Part shown: positions 33,624 through 45,549 of the stretch, piece after piece
Numbering within the stretch: position 1 is the first letter of the stretch
Layout: every line of letters begins with the position of its first letter
Assembly: GCA_026936335.1 (NCBI GenBank)
Contig: JAPMXV010000067.1
Coordinates: 124,001 to 188,000, forward strand
DNA from: Mantamonas sphyraenae STR306
Taxonomy: Eukaryota; Protista; CRuMs
Direction of reading: 5' to 3'
DNA: 64,000 nucleotides
Made by a program: the position numbers and the translations under genes
The notes under the pieces: generated by a model
Databases searched by the model: none
Told to the model about the DNA's origin: nothing
Seen by the model: the letters and a program-made list of their open reading frames with translations, nothing else

Positions 33624-36160
33624 CTAGCCTCCACCCATGCACTCCCACTCAATCCACCCACGTGCCCCTGCCTCCTCCGTCTGCAGTCCCTCCACAACCT
33701 TGTCCACCACCTCCTCGCTCACATCGGCCACCCCTGCCTGTTTCGCCATCTCCTGCAGCTCACGCACAACCCACCCTGTGCTGAACAAGTCCGCCTGCTG
33801 CATCTCCTCCTTCCTTGCACGCATCCTCCCCTCCCTCAGCTCTGGTGCTGCATACTCGTCCGTCACTCGGAATCTCGACTTGCGCCCCTCCACACACTCC
33901 ACACCCACGTTCTCCAAATCAATCAGCCTCACCTCTCCCTTGTGCCACACCATGTTGGCCGCCTTGATGTCCAAATGCCACTTGCCTGCCCCGTGCAGTG
34001 CCTCCACACACTCCTTCACTCCTCTCAGCGCCTTTGACAGCGTCACCCCTTTCGGTAACCCACTGTCAACCACCTTGCACTTCGCCATCCCCACCACTCC
34101 AATCTCCACACCCCCCGCTCGTCCTCGCTCCACCACCCACGGACGCAGTGCCCACCCAGCCCCTGTGCCCTCACCCAGCTCTTTGTACGCTGCCCACTCC
34201 GCACTGTCTCCACGCATGCTCTTCCACCACACCGCCTGCCCATTCAGCCATCCCGTGCCCGTTCCGAACAGCTTCTCCTCGTACAAGAAACATGATGCTT
34301 TCTTCACCCCCACCTTCGTCAGCATCCGCATCACCTCGTCCGTCACCAGACCCTGCATGCTCTCTTCCGGTCCCTGCTCCTCCTCTCCACCATTCTTGTC
34401 ACCCTCCTCCTTCTTCTTCTCCTCCACCACCTTCACCATGTCTCCCTTCCCGTTCCACTCGTACGTCCCGGAGCTTAGATTCTTGTTGTCCGCCCCTTTT
34501 CGAAGCTCTTCCATCCGCAACAACGTCTTTGCCCGCGCCTTTGCCTCCTTCTCCAGCTTCTCCACCACCCTCGACACAAACTGCATGTAGATCTCCTCCA
34601 CCTTCAGCAGCATGTACGTCTCCTCCTCCGCCTTGTCGGTGTCCACTACTCCCTCCGAGTACCACACCTCCGTCACTCCCGCTCCCACAGCCTCCAACTT
34701 GTACCACAGGATCACCACCACCGTCCGCGTGCCCTCGAAGTAGCGCAGGTAGATCGGAACCTCCGTGTCCGGGCACTCCACGTGCAGCTGCAGCCGCAAC
34801 ACCGACGCCACACCCTGCGCCAGCAACACCTCGAAATCTTGCACACGGCTCCCTGGGCCCTTCCCTTCTTCCAGGGCAACCATCATCGGCACCTTTGACC
34901 CGGTCACCTCCACAGACACTTGCAGATCCGGCTTGACCACACTGAATGTGTACTGCGCCCTTCTCCCCTCCCCCTCCTGCGAATGCGCCTCACGCCTTCC
35001 CTTTGTCCACACCCCTCTCCCGCATCGGTTCTCAGCATACATCCTGCCCATTCACCCGCCTGCGTGTCAGCCTTTGTCAATTACACCCACACCTCAACCC
35101 CCCGCCGAACTTACGCCCGTACATCCCCGTCCTGAAGGTATTGCATCCCCAGCGACCCCAAGTGCGTGTGATGCAGTGCCTGGCACATCGCCTCGTCGCT
35201 ACAGCGACGAGGGAGGACATCACCCTTCATCCACCGCAGCTCCTGCCCAAGGATCTTGTCAGCCACTACCTCCCGCTCGTCACTTGTTCCCTCGTCACAT
35301 TCCTTCCGTTTGTCCAGGTACTCTTCTGCGGCGATGGTGTCAAGGGAGATCATGTAGCAAGGAGTGCGCTGGTCCTCTCCGTTGCCGCTGCCGCCGTTGC
35401 CGCTGCTGCTGCTGCTGCTGCCGCTGCTGCTGCCGGGGACATTCCCGCGGTCCTTTTCCATCAGACCCAAAAGAATGGATTTCATGTCCTTCGCATGCAC
35501 TTGCATACCCCCGACAGAGTGTTCACGCAATGCATTGCGCAGGGTCTCCTCCATCGTCTCAACCACCTGGTCCATGGAACCAGGCTTGTCTTTTCTCCAC
35601 TCAAAACCCACACTGATTTTCTCCACCACCTTCTCCTGTGTAAAGTCTGCTCGGTGGTGGTGCGGTGTCAGTGCCATGCCTGGGTCACCCATCAAGACGG
35701 TAGTCCACTGAGTCCAGAACCCACCCTCTTCCGCATCCTGTCCACCATCCTGACCACCGCCCTGCCCCATCCCTTCTGCACATGTGTCGCCGTGTCCAAA
35801 CGTCGTTGAAAATACCCAACCCCAGTGTCAGGATTCCGTCCTGTCAATTCGAGCAAACCCACACTCACCTTGCTTCCCGAGATAATCGCGCAAAAGCGCA
35901 CTCCACGACACCCGTTGCATCCCATACTCTTCCATGTCCTGGTTCAGTGCCTCTTCCATCTCACCGCGTTCGACGGGCGTGTCGTTGGCCCTGGCAGTGG
36001 CAGTTACGCGGGTCAAGGCCACTACGGCGACGCCATATCCGACATTCCCAATTTCGCCGCAGATCTCGGACAACAGGTCACCACAATGCATGAGACCTCC
36101 CTGCATGATCCGTGCGTGCAGTGCATCCAGCTCTGCGTCGTTGTGCTCGTTTGCTGACAT
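33624..36160 (-). CDS. Header + PD-(D/E)xK nuclease-like + protein kinase (Crinkler/CR- or Spok-like architecture), copy 1, 747 aa; exons 36160-35869, 35646-35115, 35043-33624
   Basis: Spliced CDS is 2244 nt and in frame. Nuclease-like motifs SDE(helix)..KPDLQV..ALEEGKG..AQG. Kinase motifs AVWWK, AEW, HLDIKAAN, LIDLE, YAAPE, ADLFSTG. Confidence 0.8.
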
Positions 36161-36680
36161 TGGTTGGTGTCGCGATTCTCCACCTTGTTCTTGTTGTGGT
36201 GCACACCCTGGCGCACAACCCTCTTCCTCGTCAACGTCGACCATCCCCCCCCTTTGGTTCTCTTTGTCCTCTACCTCACTCCTTGTCATCTCCCTGCGCT
36301 CACACACAGCACTGTGCGTGTGTTTCCTCCGCCCACAATCCTCCTCGTCCAACTGCTCCACCCCTGCTTGCCCCCTGTTCCTAGCACCGATTCGCGCCTG
36401 TGTCCAGCACGCCACATCCGCACCGCACGTGCAAAGCACCCTTGCGTCAGTCCCCAACCACGTCTACGCCCTAGGACGGCCGGTGAACAGAGAGCGCGCC
36501 ACGTACCCGCACACCGTTCTCACACCCACACACACACCCTCCCAGCCTCCCAGCACCCCTTCCGTATACGCCCACAATCACACACCAACCTCACACCCCA
36601 CACACGCTCATCCCAAACTCACATCCCACACCGCCACAGACATGTTTCGGTTTGTTCTTGGCCCGCCCGGCGCCCTCCGT

Positions 36681-37407
36681 GTTTGTGCGGGACGAGCCAT
36701 TGCACGCAGGACGGTCGCTGCTGTTGAGTGGCTCGCAGGACAAGAGCGTCAAGGTGTGGGATGTGGACAGTGGCCTGTGCATCAAGTCGCTGGCAGCCGG
36801 GTCGGAGGTGCACAGTGTGATGGTGATGGGCGATCGGCTTGCCGCAGGACTGGACAACTCGACAATCAAGGTGTGGGACCTGAAGACATTCCGATCGATT
36901 CGCATCCTGACGGGGCTGCATGGCCACAAGGGCTCTGTGTTTGCACTGGCAGGGTCGAAGGAGCGGCTGTTTAGCGGTTCGCGGGATCACACGGTGAACA
37001 TGTACGAACGTGAGTCGCTGGAGTACCAGGCGACGCTGAGTGCTCTGCACTACGATGGAGTGAATGCGCTGTGTGTGCATGGGGATGCGTACTTGTTCAG
37101 CGGGTCGCGAGACAAGACGATCAAGCGGTGGACGATGGGAACGGAGGCAGGCAGTGTGGATGTGATCGAGCGAGCACACAGCAACTGGGTGACGGGACTG
37201 TGTTCGTACAACGCAGAGGATGTGGTGAGCACAGGCAAGGATGGGAGCGTGGCGCGGTGGAAAGCCCAAGACTGCTCTCTCGTCGAGCGTTTTACAGCCC
37301 ATTCGGGCAGTGCCAACTGTGTGTGTGTCAACAGTGCACACGGACTGATGGTGACTGGAGGCAATGATCGCCTGGTGAAGATGTGGAAGGAGGAGACGGG
37401 ATTGTGA
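36681..37407 (+). pseudogene. Duplicated 3' WD40 fragment of the KIF21-like kinesin (unit copy A; frame open but no own in-frame ATG at the junction)
   Basis: Near-identical to the reverse complement of 21991-22717 (GRSLLLSGSQDKSVKVWD..RLVKMWK.ETGL). Confidence 0.85.
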
Positions 37408-37598
37408 GGATCAAACACCGTGGCGTGTGAGTGAGTGAGTGAGTGAGTGAGTGAGTGAGTGAGTGAGTGAGTGAGTGAGTGAGTGAAGGGAATGTGTGTG
37501 CGAATGGATCATGTTGTTTCCATTGTGCTTGTGAGCTTGCGTGCTTGTGTCTGTGTGGGCGCCTCTTTGCGGGTGCGTGTGTAGGCTGACGCACGCTC

Positions 37599-40132
37599 CT
37601 AGCCTCCACCCATGCACTCCCACTCAATCCACCCACGTGCCCCTGCCTCCTCCGTCTGCAGTCCCTCCACAACCTTGTCCACCACCTCCTCGCTCACATC
37701 GGCCACCCCTGCCTGTTTCGCCATCTCCTGCAGCTCACGCACAACCCACCCTGTGCTGAACAAGTCCGCCTGCTGCATCTCCTCCTTCCTTGCACGCATC
37801 CTCCCCTCCCTCAGCTCTGGTGCTGCATACTCGTCCGTCACTCGGAATCTCGACTTGCGCCCCTCCACACACTCCACACCCACGTTCTCCAAATCAATCA
37901 GCCTCACCTCTCCCTTGTGCCACACCATGTTGGCCGCCTTGATGTCCAAATGCCACTTGCCTGCCCCGTGCAGTGCCTCCACACACTCCTTCACTCCTCT
38001 CAGCGCCTTTGACAGCGTCACCCCTTTCGGTAACCCACTGTCAACCACCTTGCACTTCGCCATCCCCACCACTCCAATCTCCACACCCCCCGCTCGTCCT
38101 CGCTCCACCACCCACGGACGCAGTGCCCACCCAGCCCCTGTGCCCTCACCCAGCTCTTTGTACGCTGCCCACTCCGCACTGTCTCCACGCATGCTCTTCC
38201 ACCACACCGCCTGCCCATTCAGCCATCCCGTGCCCGTTCCGAACAGCTTCTCCTCGTACAAGAAACATGATGCTTTCTTCACCCCCACCTTCGTCAGCAT
38301 CCGCATCACCTCGTCCGTCACCAGACCCTGCATGCTCTCTTCCGGTCCCTGCTCCTCCTCTCCACCATTCTTGTCACCCTCCTCCTTCTTCTTCTCCTCC
38401 ACCACCTTCACCATGTCTCCCTTCCCGTTCCACTCGTACGTCCCGGAGCTTAGATTCTTGTTGTCCGCCCCTTTTCGAAGCTCTTCCATCCGCAACAACG
38501 TCTTTGCCCGCGCCTTTGCCTCCTTCTCCAGCTTCTCCACCACCCTCGACACAAACTGCATGTAGATCTCCTCCACCTTCAGCAGCATGTACGTCTCCTC
38601 CTCCGCCTTGTCGGTGTCCACTACTCCCTCCGAGTACCACACCTCCGTCACTCCCGCTCCCACAGCCTCCAACTTGTACCACAGGATCACCACCACCGTC
38701 CGCGTGCCCTCGAAGTAGCGCAGGTAGATCGGAACCTCCGTGTCCGGGCACTCCACGTGCAGCTGCAGCCACAACACCGACGCCACACCCTGTGCCAGCA
38801 ACACCTCGAAATCTTGCACACGGCTCCCTGGGCCCTTCCCTTCTTCCAGGGCAACCATCATCGGCACCTTTGACCCGGTCACCTCCACAGACACTTGCAG
38901 ATCCGGCTTGACCACACTGAATGTGTACTGCGCCCTTCTCCCCTCCCCCTCCTGCGAATGCGCCTCACGCCTTCCCTTTGTCCACACCCCTCTCCCGCAT
39001 CGGTTCTCAGCATACATCCTGCCCATTCACCCGCCTGCGTGTCAGCCTTTGTCAATTACACCCACACCTCAACCCCCCGCCGAACTTACGCCCGTACATC
39101 CCCGTCCTGAAGGTATTGCATCCCCAGCGACCCCAAGTGCGTGTGATGCAGTGCCTGGCACATCGCCTCGTCGCTACAGCGACGAGGGAGGACATCACCC
39201 TTCAGCCACCGCAGCTCCTGCCCAAGGATCTTGTCATCCACTACCTCCCGCTCGTCACTTGTTCCCTCGTCATGTTCCTTCCGTTTGTCCAGGTACTCTT
39301 CTGCGGCGATGGTGTCAAGGGAGATCATGTAGCAAGGAGTGCGCTGGTCCTCTCCGTTGCCGCTGCCGCCGTTGCCGCTGCTGCCGCTGCTGCTGCTGCT
39401 GCTGCCTGGGACATCCCCGCGGTCCTTTTCCATCAGATCCAAAAGAATGGATTTCATGTCCTTCGCATGCACTTGCATACCCCCGACAGAGTGTTCACGC
39501 AACGCATTGCGCAGGGTCTCCTCCATCGTCTCAACCACCTGGTCCATGGAACCAGGCTTGTCTTTTCTCCACTCAAAACCCACACTGATGGCCTCCACCA
39601 CCTTCTCCTGTGTAAAGTCTGCTCGTGGTGGTGCGGTGTCAGTGCCATGCCTGGGTCACCCATCAAAGACGGTAGTCCACTGAGTCCAGAACCCACCCTC
39701 TTCCGCATCCTGTCCACCATCCTGACCACCGCCCTGCCCCATCCCTTCTGCACATGTGTCGCCGTGTCCAAACGTCGTTGAAAATACCCAACCCCAGTGT
39801 CAGGATTCCGTCCTTCAAATTCGAGCAAACCCACACTCACCTTGCTTCCCGAGATGATCGCGCAAAAGCCCACTCCACGACACCCGTTGCATCCCATTCT
39901 CTTCCATGACCTGGTTCAGTGCCTCTTCCATCTCACCGAGTTCGATGGGCGTGTCGTTAGTCCTGGCAGTGGCAGTCACGCGGACCAAGGCCGCTGCGGC
40001 GACGCCATATCCGACATTCCCAATTTCGCCGCAGATCTCGGACAACAGGTCACCACAATGCATGAGACCTCCCTGCATGATCCGTGCGTGCAGTGCATCC
40101 AGCTCTGCGTCGTTGTGCTCGTTTGCTGACAT
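37599..40132 (-). CDS. Header-nuclease-kinase gene, copy 2
   Basis: Same exon structure and motifs as copy 1. The small indels I saw fall in the predicted intron 1. Confidence 0.78.
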
Positions 40133-40651
40133 TGGTTGGTGTCGCGATTCTCCACCTTGTTCTTGTTGTGGTGCACACCCTGGCGCACAACCCTCTTCCT
40201 CGTCAACGTCGACCATTCCCCCCCTTTGGTTCTCTTTGTCCTCTATCTCACTCCTTGTCATCTCCCTGCGCTCACACACAGCACTGTGCGTGTGTTTCCT
40301 CCGCCACAATCCTCCTCGTCCAACTGCTCCACCCCTGCTTGCCCCCTGTTCCTAGCACCGATTCGCGCCTGTGTCCAGCACGCCACATCCGCACCGCACG
40401 TGCAAAGCACCCTTGCGTCAGTCCCCAACCACGTCTACGCCCTAGGACGGCCGGTGAACAGAGAGCGCGCCACGTACCCGCACACCGTTCTCACACCCAC
40501 ACACACACCCTCCCAGCCTCCCAGCACCCCTTCCGTATACGCCCACAATCACACACCAACCTCACACCCCACACACGCTCATCCCAAACTCACATCCCAC
40601 ACCGCCACAGACATGTTTCGGTTTGTTCTTGGCCCGCCCGGCGCCCTCCGT

Positions 40652-41380
40652 GTTTTGTGCGCGGACGAGCCATTGCACGCAGGACGGTCGCTGCTGTTGA
40701 GTGGCTCGCAGGACAAGAGCGTCAAGGTGTGGGATGTGGACAGTGGCCTGTGCATCAAGTCGCTGGCAGCCGGGTCGGAGGTGCACAGTGTGATGGTGAT
40801 GGGCGATCGGCTTGCCGCAGGACTGGACAACTCGACAATCAAGGTGTGGGACCTGAAGACATTCCGATCGATTCGCATCCTGACGGGGCTGCATGGCCAC
40901 AAGGGCTCTGTGTTTGCACTGGCAGGGTCGAAGGAGCGGCTGTTTAGCGGTTCGCGGGATCACACGGTGAACATGTACGAACGTGAGTCGCTGGAGTACC
41001 AGGCGACGCTGAGTGCTCTGCACTACGATGGAGTGAATGCGCTGTGTGTGCATGGGGATGCGTACTTGTTCAGCGGTCGCGAGACAAGACGATCAAGCGG
41101 TGGACGATGGGAACGGAGGCAGGCAGTGTGGATGTGATCGAGCGAGCACACAGCAACTGGGTGACGGGACTGTGTTCGTACAACGCAGAGGATGTGGTGA
41201 GCACAGGCAAGGATGGGAGCGTGGCGCGGTGGAAAGCCCAAGACTGCTCTCTGTCGTCGAGCGTTTTACAGCCCATTCGGGCAGTGCCAACTGTGTGTGT
41301 GTCAACAGTGCACACGGACTGATGGTGACTGGAGGCAATGATCGCCTGGTGAAGATGTGGAAGGAGGAGACGGATTGTGA
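40652..41380 (+). pseudogene. Kinesin WD40 3' fragment, copy B (with indels)
   Basis: Same sequence as copy A with small indels. Confidence 0.82.
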
Positions 41381-41575
41381 GGATCAAACACCGTGGCGTG
41401 TGAGTGAGTGAGTGAGTGAGTGAGTGAGTGAGTGAGTGAGTGAGTGAGTGAGTGAGTGAGTGAAGGGGAAGTGTGTGCGAATGGATCATGTTGTTTCCAT
41501 TGTGCTTGTGAGCTTGCGTGCTTGTGTCTGTGTGGGCGCCTCTTTGCGGGTGCGTGTGTAGGCTGACGCACGCTC

Positions 41576-44108
41576 CTAGCCTCCACCCATGCACTCCCAC
41601 TCAATCCACCCACGTGCCCCTGCCTCCTCCGTCTGCAGTCCCTCCACAACCTTGTCCACCACCTCCTCGCTCACATCGGCCACCCCTGCCTGTTTCGCCA
41701 TCTCCTGCAGCTCACGCACAACCCACCCTGTGCTGAACAAGTCCGCCTGCTGCATCTCCTCCTTCCTTGCACGCATCCTCCCCTCCCTCAGCTCTGGTGC
41801 TGCATACTCGTCCGTCACTCGGAATCTCGACTTGCGCCCCTCCACACACTCCACACCCACGTTCTCCAAATCAATCAGCCTCACCTCTCCCTTGTGCCAC
41901 ACCATGTTGGCCGCCTTGATGTCCAAATGCCACTTGCCTGCCCCGTGCAGTGCCTCCACACACTCCTTCACTCCTCTCAGCGCCTTTGACAGCGTCACCC
42001 CTTTCGGTAACCCACTGTCAACCACCTTGCACTTCGCCATCCCACCACTCCAATCTCCACACCCCCGCTCGTCCTCGCTCCACCACCCACGGACGCAGTG
42101 CCCACCCAGCCCCTGTGCCCTCACCCAGCTCTTTGTACGCTGCCCACTCCGCACTGTCTCCACGCATGCTCTTCCACCACACCGCCTGCCCATTCAGCCA
42201 TCCCGTGCCCGTTCCGAACAGCTTCTCCTCGTACAAGAAACATGATGCTTTCTTCACCCCCACCTTCGTCAGCATCCGCATCACCTCGTCCGTCACCAGA
42301 CCCTGCATGCTCTCTTCCGGTCCCTGCTCCTCCTCTCCACCATTCTTGTCACCCTCCTCCTTCTTCTTCTCCTCCACCACCTTCACCATGTCTCCCTTCC
42401 CGTTCCACTCGTACGTCCCGGAGCTTAGATTCTTGTTGTCCGCCCCTTTTCGAAGCTCTTCCATCCGCAACAACGTCTTTGCCCGCGCCTTTGCCTCCTT
42501 CTCCAGCTTCTCCACCACCCTCGACACAAACTGCATGTAGATCTCCTCCACCTTCAGCAGCATGTACGTCTCCTCCTCCGCCTTGTCGGTGTCCACTACT
42601 CCCTCCGAGTACCACACCTCCGTCACTCCCGCTCCCACAGCCTCCAACTTGTACCACAGGATCACCACCACCGTCCGCGTGCCCTCGAAGTAGCGCAGGT
42701 AGATCGGAACCTCCGTGTCCGGGCACTCCACGTGCAGCTGCAGCCACAACACCGACGCCACACCCTGTGCCAGCAACACCTCGAAATCTTGCACACGGCT
42801 CCCTGGGCCCTTCCCTTCTTCCAGGGCAACCATCATCGGCACCTTTGACCCGGTCACCTCCACAGACACTTGCAGATCCGGCTTGACCACACTGAATGTG
42901 TACTGCGCCCTTCTCCCCTCCCCCTCCTGCGAATGCGCCTCACGCCTTCCCTTTGTCCACACCCCTCTCCCGCATCGGTTCTCAGCATACATCCTGCCCA
43001 TTCACCCGCCTGCGTGTCAGCCTTTGTCAATTACACCCACACCTCAACCCCCCGCCGAACTTACGCCCGTACATCCCCGTCCTGAAGGTATTGCATCCCC
43101 AGCGACCCCAAGTGCGTGTGATGCAGTGCCTGGCACATCGCCTCGTCGCTACAGCGACGAGGGAGGACATCACCCTTCAGCCACCCGCAGCTCCTGCCCA
43201 AGGATCTTGTCATCCACTACCTCCCGCTCGTCACTTGTTCCCTCGTCATGTTCCTTCCGTTTGTCCAGGTACTCTTCTGCGGCGATGGTGTCAAGGGAGA
43301 TCATGTAGCAAGGAGTGCGCTGGTCCTCTCCGTTGCCGCTGCCGCCGTTGCCGCTGCTGCCGCTGCTGCTGCTGCTGCTGCCTGGGACATCCCCGCGGTC
43401 CTTTTCCATCAGATCCAAAAGAATGGATTTCATGTCCTTCGCATGCACTTGCATACCCCCGACAGAGTGTTCACGCAACGCATTGCGCAGGGTCTCCTCC
43501 ATCGTCTCAACCACCTGGTCCATGGAACCAGGCTTGTCTTTTCTCCACTCAAAACCCACACTGATGGCCTCCACCACCTTCTCCTGTGTAAAGTCTGCTC
43601 GGTGGTGGTGCGGTGTCAGTGCCATGCCTGGGTCACCCATCAAGACGGTAGTCCACTGAGTCCAGAACCCACCCTCTTCCGCATCCTGTCCACCATCCTG
43701 ACCACCGCCCTGCCCCATCCCTTCTGCACATGTGTCGCCGTGTCCAAACGTCGTTGAAAATACCCAACCCCAGTGTCAGGATTCCGTCCTTCAAATTCGA
43801 GCAAACCCACACTCACCTTGCTTCCCGAGATGATCGCGCAAAAGCCCACTCCACGACACCCGTTGCATCCCATTCTCTTCCATGACCTGGTTCAGTGCCT
43901 CTTCCATCTCACCGAGTTCGATGGGCGTGTCGTTAGTCCTGGCAGTGGCAGTCACGCGGACCAAGGCCGCTGCGGCGACGCCATATCCGACATTCCCAAT
44001 TTCGCCGCAGATCTCGGACAACAGGTCACCACAATGCATGAGACCTCCCTGCATGATCCGTGCGTGCAGTGCATCCAGCTCTGCGTCGTTGTGCTCGTTT
44101 GCTGACAT
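41576..44108 (-). CDS. Header-nuclease-kinase gene, copy 3 (apparent homopolymer frameshifts at ~42040-42065 and ~43185)
   Basis: Same gene. The single-base indels sit in C runs, so they are probably consensus errors; a pseudogene is the alternative. Confidence 0.65.
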
Positions 44109-44628
44109 TGGTTGGTGTCGCGATTCTCCACCTTGTTCTTGTTGTGGTGCACACCCTGGCGCACAACCCTCTTCCTCGTCAACGTCGACCATTCCCCCCC
44201 TTTGGTTCTCTTTGTCCTCTATCTCACTCCTTGTCATCTCCCTGCGCTCACACACAGCACTGTGCGTGTGTTTCCTCCGCCCACAATCCTCCTCGTCCAA
44301 CTGCTCCACCCCTGCTTGCCCCCTGTTCCTAGCACCGATTCGCGCCTGTGTCCAGCACGCCACATCCGCACCGCACGTGCAAAGCACCCTTGCGTCAGTC
44401 CCCAACCACGTCTACGCCCTAGGACGGCCGGTGAACAGAGAGCGCGCCACGTACCCGCACACCGTTCTCACACCCACACACACACCCTCCCAGCCTCCCA
44501 GCACCCCTTCCGTATACGCCCACAATCACACACCAACCTCACACCCCACACACGCTCATCCCAAACTCACATCCCACACCGCCACAGACATGTTTCGGTT
44601 TGTTCTTGGCCCGCCCCGCGCCCTCCGT

Positions 44629-45354
44629 GTTTGTGCCGGACGAGCCAATGCACGCAGGACGGTCGCTGCTGTTGAGTGGCTCGCAGGACAAGAGCGTCAA
44701 GGTGTGGGATGTGGACAGTGGCCTGTGCATCAAGTCGCTGGCAGCCGGGTCGGAGGTGCACAGTGTGATGGTGATGGGCGATCGGCTTGCCGCAGGACTG
44801 GACAACTCGACAATCAAGGTGTGGGACCTGAAGACATTCCGATCGATTCGCATCCTGACGGGGCTGCATGGCCACAAGGGCTCTGTGTTTGCACTGGCAG
44901 GGTCGAAGGAGCGGCTGTTTAGCGGTTCGCGGGATCACACGGTGAACATGTACGAACGTGAGTCGCTGGAGTACCAGGCGACGCTGAGTGCTCTGCACTA
45001 CGATGGAGTGAATGCGCTGTGTGTGCATGGGGATGCGTACTTGTTCAGCGGGTCGCGAGACAAGACGATCAAGCGGTGGACGATGGGAACGGAGGCAGCA
45101 GTGTGGATGTGATCGAGCGAGCACACAGCAACTGGGTGACGGGACTGTGTTCGTACAACGCAGAGGATGTGGTGAGCACAGGCAAGGATGGGAGCGTGGC
45201 GCGGTGGAAAGCCCAAGACTGCTCTCTCGTCGAGCGTTTTACAGCCCATTCGGGCAGTGCCAACTGTGTGTGTGTCAACAGTGCACACGGACTGATGGTG
45301 ACTGGAGGCAATGATCGCCTGGTGAAGATGTGGAAGGAGGAGACGGGATTGTGA
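44629..45354 (+). pseudogene. Kinesin WD40 3' fragment, copy C
   Basis: Same sequence as copy A with one small deletion near 45098. Confidence 0.82.
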
Positions 45355-45549
45355 GGATCAAACACCGTGGCGTGTGAGTGAGTGAGTGAGTGAGTGAGTG
45401 AGTGAGTGAGTGAGTGAGTGAGTGAGTGAGTGAGTGAAGGGGAAGTGTGTGCGAATGGATCATGTTGTTTCCATTGTGCTTGTGAGCTTGCGTGCTTGTG
45501 TCTGTGTGGGCGCCTCTTTGCGGGTGCGTGTGTAGGCTGACGCACGCTC

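Noticed and set aside
36161-36457. N-terminal extension MGTDARVLCTC.. of the array gene
   Set aside because: It begins at a non-ATG codon, is mostly absent from the source-locus copy and is broken in copy 2. The shared ATG (MSANEH/MSTNDY) is the more parsimonious start.
40136-41137. ORF fusing upstream flank sequence (MFRFVLGPP..) in frame to the WD40 fragment
   Set aside because: It depends on indels unique to this unit and frameshifts again downstream. Probably consensus error.
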